A stretch of DNA of 64,000 bases, taken from Eledone cirrhosa. Its lineage: Eukaryota. A program made the position numbers and the translations under genes. The notes below the pieces were generated by a model. It was given only the letters and a program-made list of their open reading frames with translations, was not told the origin of the DNA and did no database searches. Positions 57,633-64,000 of this stretch are shown in pieces (position 1 is the stretch's first letter; each line of letters opens with the position of its first letter). The DNA lies in contig OZ024747.1 of assembly GCA_964016885.1 (NCBI GenBank), positions 75,764,001 to 75,828,000 on the forward strand. The letters run 5' to 3'.

Positions 57633-57717
57633 ACCTTCTGACGAGAATCTTTCTTTGCAACGAAGGCTGTATGGTCTCCGTTTTATTTTTTGGGATTCGA
57701 AACCGATCGGTAAAGGT
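57633..57717 (+). ncRNA. Type I hammerhead of the 480-nt retrozyme
   Basis: acctt-CTGACGA-gaatct...gggattc-GAAA-ccgatcgg-TA-aaggt. Palindrome ACCGATCGGT, GUA site after 57712. Confidence 0.9.
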
Positions 57718-58115
57718 AACTATAGTAGGTAAAGTCAATTTTTTAAAATTTATTTTGAAACTTTTTCATTATTTACTAAACCTTGTTTATATTTGTTCTG
57801 GCTCGTTAACTTATTAACCCGCCATTGAACCACACTGGCATTTGGTTGGACAATACATGCGTACCTTGGCGCCTTGTGCGTGAAGGAACGTATTTCCTAT
57901 TACTACTACCTCCACTAACGTTGAGAACAAATTTGGTCGTTCTGACTGCTGCTAGCAATAGCTGTGGCTAGTTTGACCTACCTCCTTTTGCCTCTATCTT
58001 TGCTACGGCCCTTGATAAACCTGTTCTACATCATCCACTCTCATCCCAAGAACAGTTTTGACAGCGCTAGTTTGTGATTTAAATTCAGGAATTTTATATT
58101 CTTTGAATGAAAAGA

Positions 58116-58199
58116 ACCTTCTGACGAGAATCTTTCTTTGCAACGAAGGCCGTATGGTCTCCGCTTTATTTTTGGGATTCGAAACCGATCGGTAAAGGT
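58116..58199 (+). ncRNA. Type I hammerhead of the 480-nt retrozyme
   Basis: Same motif. Cleavage predicted after 58194. Confidence 0.9.
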
Positions 58200-58646
58200 A
58201 ACTATAGTAGGTAAAGTCAATTTTTTAAAATTTATTTTGAAACTTTTTCATTATTTACTAAACCTTGTTTATATATATATATATATATATATATTGTTAT
58301 ACTTGGGGAGGGTCATATTGTTGTAATAATATTGCCAGAAATAATAACAGAACACACTCACTGGCTGGTTAGTTTTCGCTTCTGTATCTTTTATATCTCC
58401 ACAGTTAATTCATTTGGTCTTTAATGTTTAACATTGACTAACCAACGGTCAAAAATACAGATATAATATAGATATAAACACATATATATAGTCTAACAAA
58501 GTTCTTTCGTTGCACACCTCCAACATCATAAGTGGTACTGTTATATTCCTCCTGTTGTATTGTTTGTCTACGTTATATATATATATCTCGTATATATATA
58601 TATATACGATATTAACAAATGGAAACTATATTTATAAAACCATATT

Positions 58647-58711
58647 TATTTCATTATACATATTTCAAGGATACCAAGTTAAATTATGGTATGCCTTCAT
58701 CAGACAAAATA
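58647..58711 (-). ncRNA. Type I hammerhead, family A
   Basis: Mirror of 58794-58858. Confidence 0.75.
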
Positions 58712-58793
58712 CAATATATACCAGTTTTATAAATAAACATTGACGTACCCTTTCAAAATGCAACCGTTACTTTTGGAAGACATCAGGATAGAC

Positions 58794-58858
58794 TATTTTG
58801 TCTGATGAAGGCATACCATAATTTAACTTGGTATCCTTGAAATATGTATAATGAAATA
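58794..58858 (+). ncRNA. Type I hammerhead, family A
   Basis: tattttgt-CTGATGA-agg c atacca...tggtat cctt-GAAA-tatgta-TA-atgaaata. Confidence 0.78.
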
Positions 58859-58985
58859 AATATGGTTTTATAAATATAGTTTCCATTTGTTAATATCGTA
58901 TATCTACTCCAAATACTTGTCGAGTGCTTTATATCAGTTATAAAAATATTTGCTTGTTGTATCCCAACAATTTAAATAGAACTTT

Positions 58986-59033
<48 letters not shown>

Positions 59034-59135
59034 TACACAAACATATATAAACATATATATATATATATATATATATAAAGTATTGAGTACTCTGGTGCCT
59101 TATGGTCCATCTGGTTCCTTACCACATTTCCTTTG

Positions 59136-59171
<36 letters not shown>

Positions 59172-59177
<6 letters not shown>

Positions 59178-59396
59178 TAAAATAACAGATTAAAGTTTAA
59201 ACAAAGAATCGCTGCTTCCACCCTTAACGGGATCTTAGTTTCAGAAGATCCCGTTAAGGGTGAAAGCAGCGATTCTTTGCTTAAACTTTAATCTGTTTTT
59301 TAATAAATATTTGCTCTACGGTTCTTATATATATGATATATATTTATCCTTATCGAGCCTTCTTTGGATTTTATTCTTCAAATTTATTATTATTAC

Positions 59397-59398
<2 letters not shown>
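59172..59398 (+). mobile_element. Fold-back of the 3' end of the Penelope family at 16244-19164
   Basis: Matches 16244-16405 as a reverse complement. Palindrome centred near 59240. Confidence 0.85.
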
Positions 59399-59436
<38 letters not shown>

Positions 59437-59451
59437 ATATATATATATATA

Positions 59452-59648
59452 TAGGAAAATGTTTAACCCCGACCGCAGGACTCAAGCTGTTTCGACGGCT
59501 ATTTCTGGTCCAGAAGTACCCGTTGAAACGGCTTGAGCTCTTCCGTCGGGGTTAAACATTTTCCTATTACCCACTCTACTACCCTAAGTATTGAGAACTC
59601 TGGTGCGTTATGGTCCATCTGGTTCCTTACCACACCTCCTTCGTTATA
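59452..59648 (+). mobile_element. Fold-back element, family B
   Basis: Imperfect inverted repeat 59452-59567 centred on ctggtccag. Confidence 0.75.
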
Positions 59649-59654
59649 TATATG

Positions 59655-59720
<66 letters not shown>

Positions 59721-59755
59721 ATATAAGATCAAAAGATGGTTCAAAGAGTTCCAAG

Positions 59756-59826
59756 TATTTTATTATGCGCATTTCAAAAACAAATATCATCATGAGATGA
59801 TATCTGCGTTTTCATCAGATAAAATA
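59756..59826 (-). ncRNA. Type I hammerhead
   Basis: tattttat-CTGATGA-aaa c gcagatatcatc tcat gatgatatttgt ttt t-GAAA-tgcgca-TA-ataaaata. Palindrome ATGCGCAT. The 3' half is also present at about 57277-57310. Confidence 0.85.
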
Positions 59827-59881
59827 GGGATACATGATATGTAGGTTAAAAAACACTTGTGAATAGTGAAATTTTAAATCA

Positions 59882-59967
<86 letters not shown>

Positions 59968-60011
59968 CATAATTTGAACTCGGGAATTTTATATTCTCCG
60001 AGTGAAAAGAT

Positions 60012-60093
60012 CCTTCTGACGAGAACTTTTCTTTGCAATGGATGCCGTAAGGACTCCATTTATTTTTGAAACTCGAAACCGATTCGGTAAAGG
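60012..60093 (+). ncRNA. Type I hammerhead of the 480-nt retrozyme
   Basis: cctt-CTGACGA-...ctc-GAAA-ccgattcgg-TA-aagg. Confidence 0.82.
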
Positions 60094-60489
60094 TAACCAT
60101 AGTGAGTAAAGTTAATTTTTAAATTTATTTTGAAACTTTTTCTTATTTGCTAAACCTTGATTATATATGTTCTGGCTCGTTAATTTATTAACCTGCCATT
60201 GAACCACATTGGCATATGGTTGGACAATACATGTGTCCCTACGCGCTTTGTGCGTGTAGGGATATATACTTTATTATTATTCTCCTCTTAGTCGAGAAAA
60301 AATTTGGTCGTTCTGACTGCTGCTAGTTATAGTGGTAGTAGACTGACCTCCCTGCCTTTGCTTCTATCTTTACACACGGCACTTGAAGGAATTGCTCCCA
60401 CATCATTTACTCTCATCTCGGGAACAATTTTGAATAGCGCCAGTTCGTAATTTGAACTCGGGAATTTTATATTCTCCGAGTGAAAAGAT

Positions 60490-60573
60490 CCTTCTGACGA
60501 GAGTTTTTCTTTGCAATGGATGCCGTAAGGACTGTCCATTTATTTTTGAAACTCGAACCCGATTCGGTAAAGG
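60490..60573 (+). ncRNA. Type I hammerhead of the 480-nt retrozyme (GAAA changed to GAAC)
   Basis: cctt-CTGACGA-gagttt...aaactc-GAAC-ccgattcgg-TA-aagg. Confidence 0.72.
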
Positions 60574-60641
60574 TAACCATAGTGAGTAAAGTTAATTTTT
60601 TAAAATTTATTTTGAAACTTTTTATTATTTGCTAAACCTTG

Positions 60642-60722
<81 letters not shown>

Positions 60723-61127
60723 ATATGTATGGATGTAAGTATACATTAAAGAGTGAAGTAAATTTGAGTCAGAGATCGTAGCTAATTACCACCCATGAAT
60801 TATAAGCCTTTGAGCTTCCATGATGTAAACTTAATAATTAAATTTTACATAATCAAAAGGCCATATAAAAGTGTTTTGAAACTTAGGAAGTTCTGACTGA
60901 AGCAGCGAAAGAAATATCGTAATTGGTTTTCGAATATTCCTTATTAATGTAATAATTCAGAAAAAGTAATTATAATATATTTCAAAAAGAGAAGAAAAAA
61001 CGATAGAAAAAGATGAGCCAATTAGTAGTTGTATTTGTGACACAATATGAGTAACATCTCGTTCAAAATTGAAATATATACCTATGTATGAATGTTTGTA
61101 TGTATGTATGTATGTATGTATGTATAC

Positions 61128-61560
61128 CTCTTTCTCTTAATTTCGAGTATATTTTTTTGACCGGCCACCTTCCTGGTGGCAAGGTTGTAAAAGAAAAGAA
61201 ATTGTCATCCCTTGAATCGCAAGAATGTTTTGCAAATTTTGAATGTGCCAGCTATCGCAGCCATTTGTAGACTATGAATTAGGGAGCTGCGCTTTTTGTC
61301 CGCAAATCCAAGTTCAGTCATACTTTGGTCTAAGCGGCTTGGTATATAACCCGTAGCTCCAATAATGATGGGTATGAAGCTAAAGGTGTATCTTGGATAC
61401 TGGATTTGTAAACTCCTCATCAATGGTCCGTAGATGTCCTCCTTCTCCTGTATTTTTCTGACAACGTTTACATCAAGTGGGCAGCTGATCTCCACAACAG
61501 AACACGTTTTCAATGTGTGGTACAGCAATATCAGGCCGATTGTGCTTTAATTTGGTGGCA
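61128..61560 (-). mobile_element. R4/Dong-like RLE non-LTR retrotransposon 3' fragment (family 1) in (CATA)n
   Basis: KHNRPDI...VVEISCP...K..Y...PIIIGATG...AGTFKICKTFL followed by a short 3' UTR. Confidence 0.85.
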
Positions 61561-61666
61561 TGAATGTATCTATGTATGTATATATGTATATATGTATATA
61601 TGTATGCATGTATGTATGTATGTATGTATGTATGTATGTATGTATGTATGTATGTATGTATGTATG

Positions 61667-62701
61667 TTCTTCTGGTTTTATAATTTCACAAATTTTTTAC
61701 CAATAGAGAGAGAGTCGGTTTCTAACATAGACACAAGACACTCTCATTGGAATTTTCACATAGTATCAACTAGGTGGATTATGTATGCATGCATGCATGT
61801 TTAGTTATGGATGTTATTGTATGTGTGGATGTGGATGTTTTGAGTTTTATGTGTGCATGTGTATATGCTTTGTATCTGAAGATGTGTATATACAGTTATT
61901 AGATGCAACATTTTTGGAATGTTTTACATAGTTTTACTGTTCCATTAATTGATTGTACTTGTAATTTCCTAACTAGTTGTGTTCTTTCTGTTCATGTGAA
62001 GCCCAGCTTCTCAAGATTTGTATTGAGGCAGTTACTAACATACCCCAGTGCCCCAATAATTACAGGCATAAATCTGAAGGTGTAATCAGGGTGGAGTATC
62101 TGCAGATTTCTCATCAGTTCTGCATAAATATTCTCCTTTTCGTTAATCTTTGATATTATATTGGCATCTGCTGGGCAGCTAATTTCCACTACTGTGCATG
62201 CTTTCTTCTCCCTGTCCCATATCATAATATCTGGTCTGTTATGCCTGCATTTTATTGGGGATTTTACTGGAACATTCCACCAGTACTCTTTCATATTATG
62301 TACATTGATGTCTTTCACATTGTTGTAGCTTTTAATGTGTTTATTATCGGGTCTATCTTTTTTACGAACTGCATTGTACAGTGTTTTGGCCACGACATCA
62401 TGGCTCATAGGTAGATAGTACCGCGATGACATCTTTGGACAGCTGCTGATGAAATGGGTGATATCCTCGATGTTAGTTCTGCAGAGTCTCATATCTAGAT
62501 GTTTTGTCTGCATCCCTATGTCTTTTGTGAATCAGGTATTTCGTGTTAATCACCTGTTCTTGGATTGCAAAAGCGTATCCTTCAAAGTGGGAGCCAATAC
62601 AGCGGTTGTTGGTCCAAGGTAGACTACTTTCCTTATCTATATTACTCTCACTCTGGAGCTTCCTGGCAACATATCCATGCATGATTTTTTGCTGATAATA
62701 T
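61667..62701 (-). mobile_element. R4/Dong-like RLE non-LTR retrotransposon 3' fragment (family 2), frameshifted
   Basis: FEGYAFAIQEQVINTKY, RLC...EDITHFISSCP (CCHC), HDVVAK, HNRPDIMIWD, VVEISCP and PVIIGALG. Confidence 0.9.
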
Positions 62702-62918
62702 CTCTTTCTCTTAATTTCGAGTATATTTTTGACCTGCCACCGTCCTGGTAGCAAGGTTGTAAAAGAAAAGAAATTGTCATCCCTTGAATCGCAAGAATGT
62801 TTTGCAAATTTTGAAAGTGCCAGCTATCGCAGCCATTTGTAGACTATGAATTACGGAGCTGTGCTCGTTGTCTGCAAATCCAAGTTTAGTTATACATTGG
62901 TCCAAGCGGGTTGGACCA
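62702..62918 (-). mobile_element. R4/Dong-like family 1 3' fragment fused to family 2
   Basis: Highly similar to 61128-61340. Confidence 0.85.
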
Positions 62919-62919
62919 A

Positions 62920-63265
62920 TGTATGTATGTATGTATGTATGTATGTATGTATGTATGTATGTATGTATGTATGTATGTATGTATGTATGTATGTATGTAT
63001 GCATGTATGCATGTATGTATCTATGTATGTATATATGTATATATGTATATATGTATGTATGTATGTTTGTATGTATGTATGTATGTATGAATGTATGTTT
63101 ACATGTATGAATGTATGTTTGTATGTATGTATGTTTGTATGAATGTATATATGTATGTCTGTATGTATGTAAGTATGTATGTATGTATGTATGAATGTAT
63201 GTTTACATGTATGAATGTATGTTTGTATGTATGTATGTTTGTATGTATGTTTGTATGTATGTATA
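62920..63265. repeat. (TATG)n microsatellite
   Basis: Direct reading. Confidence 0.95.
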
Positions 63266-64000
63266 TATGTAAGTTGCCAGTTTAGTCGCCAACGACCCGA
63301 CCATGAGACACGTTGTACTAGGATACATGTTACCAGTAGCACCAACTGGTGACCTGACATACCCTGATGGTATCCAATGATATTGACTTGTACTTGTTTT
63401 TGGTAAATATCATCTTCGTTAAGAGAGTGGGACTAGCTTTGTGCAGGGCCTTTGCTCACTATAAAAGCTTCACGGCACAGGCATTGCTTTATATCTGGAG
63501 ATCTCTTTGCCCTTGTCGTCACATGGTACCATGGGCCCAGCACTATGTGTCAATAATTGTCACAAGTGTAGTGTTTGTACCAGAGTTTTCAAGTCGTTGG
63601 CTGGACTAAAAAGTCACACTCGTTCAGGGCATCGGTAGGGTTTCTCCTACATGGATATAAAGTAGTGGCCGTACTCGAAAACGAGTTGGCATATATGTAA
63701 GTATTTACGTATGAATGTATGTATGTATGTTTGAATGTATATATGTATGTATGTTTGTATGTATATATGTATGTATGTATGTTTGTATGTATATCTATAT
63801 ATATATGTATGTATGAATGTATATATGTATGCATGTATGTCTGTATATATGTATTTCTCCATCTTTAGTCTGTCTATTTGTTATTCCCTGCCTCTCTAAA
63901 TATATACATCATAATTTTGTAGGTGTTTAACATACAAACACAAACACATATATTAGTACATATATACATATGAATAATACGTTGTATCTAGCCACATATA

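Larger units (their letters stand above)
57328..58272 (+). mobile_element. Retrozyme-like tandem array, unit of about 483 nt, about 1.95 copies
   Basis: ttattaacccgcc at 57328 and 57811. One HHR per unit, (TA)n on both sides, no real ORF. Confidence 0.88.
58605..58900. mobile_element. Fold-back element, family A, with an HHR on both strands
   Basis: Arms 58605-58711 and 58794-58900. Confidence 0.88.
59966..60645 (+). mobile_element. Second, diverged retrozyme-like array, unit of about 480 nt, about 1.4 copies
   Basis: Homologous to 57328-58272. CTGACGA at 60016 and 60494. (TA)n flanks. Confidence 0.88.

Overview
AT-rich eukaryotic DNA saturated with microsatellites. The SINE and repeat content suggests a mollusc, probably an octopus or other cephalopod (inference). 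No host gene is confidently identified, and almost all ORF-track entries are translations of (TA)n, (CA)n or (TATG)n. The real coding sequence is transposon-derived: a decayed Tx1-like LINE in (TATC)n, two Penelope-like elements (RT plus GIY-YIG) with inverted terminal repeats plus smaller Penelope remnants, R4/Dong-like RLE retroelement fragments in (CATA)n, and hAT-like, Tigger/pogo and THAP remnants. Many tRNA-derived SINE pieces are also present. The main hidden signal is RNA. Manual reading finds about 25 well-formed and about 7 weaker type I hammerhead ribozyme (HHR) motifs (CUGANGA...GAAA...UH, mostly with a palindromic helix III) from at least 10 sequence families. They sit in three contexts: (i) non-coding head-to-tail tandem units of about 480 nt and about 310 nt that look like retrozymes (predicted circular RNAs), (ii) (TA)n-flanked fold-back palindromes that often carry an HHR on both strands, and (iii) Penelope terminal repeats. 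All folds were paired by eye and need covariance-model and cleavage-assay confirmation.
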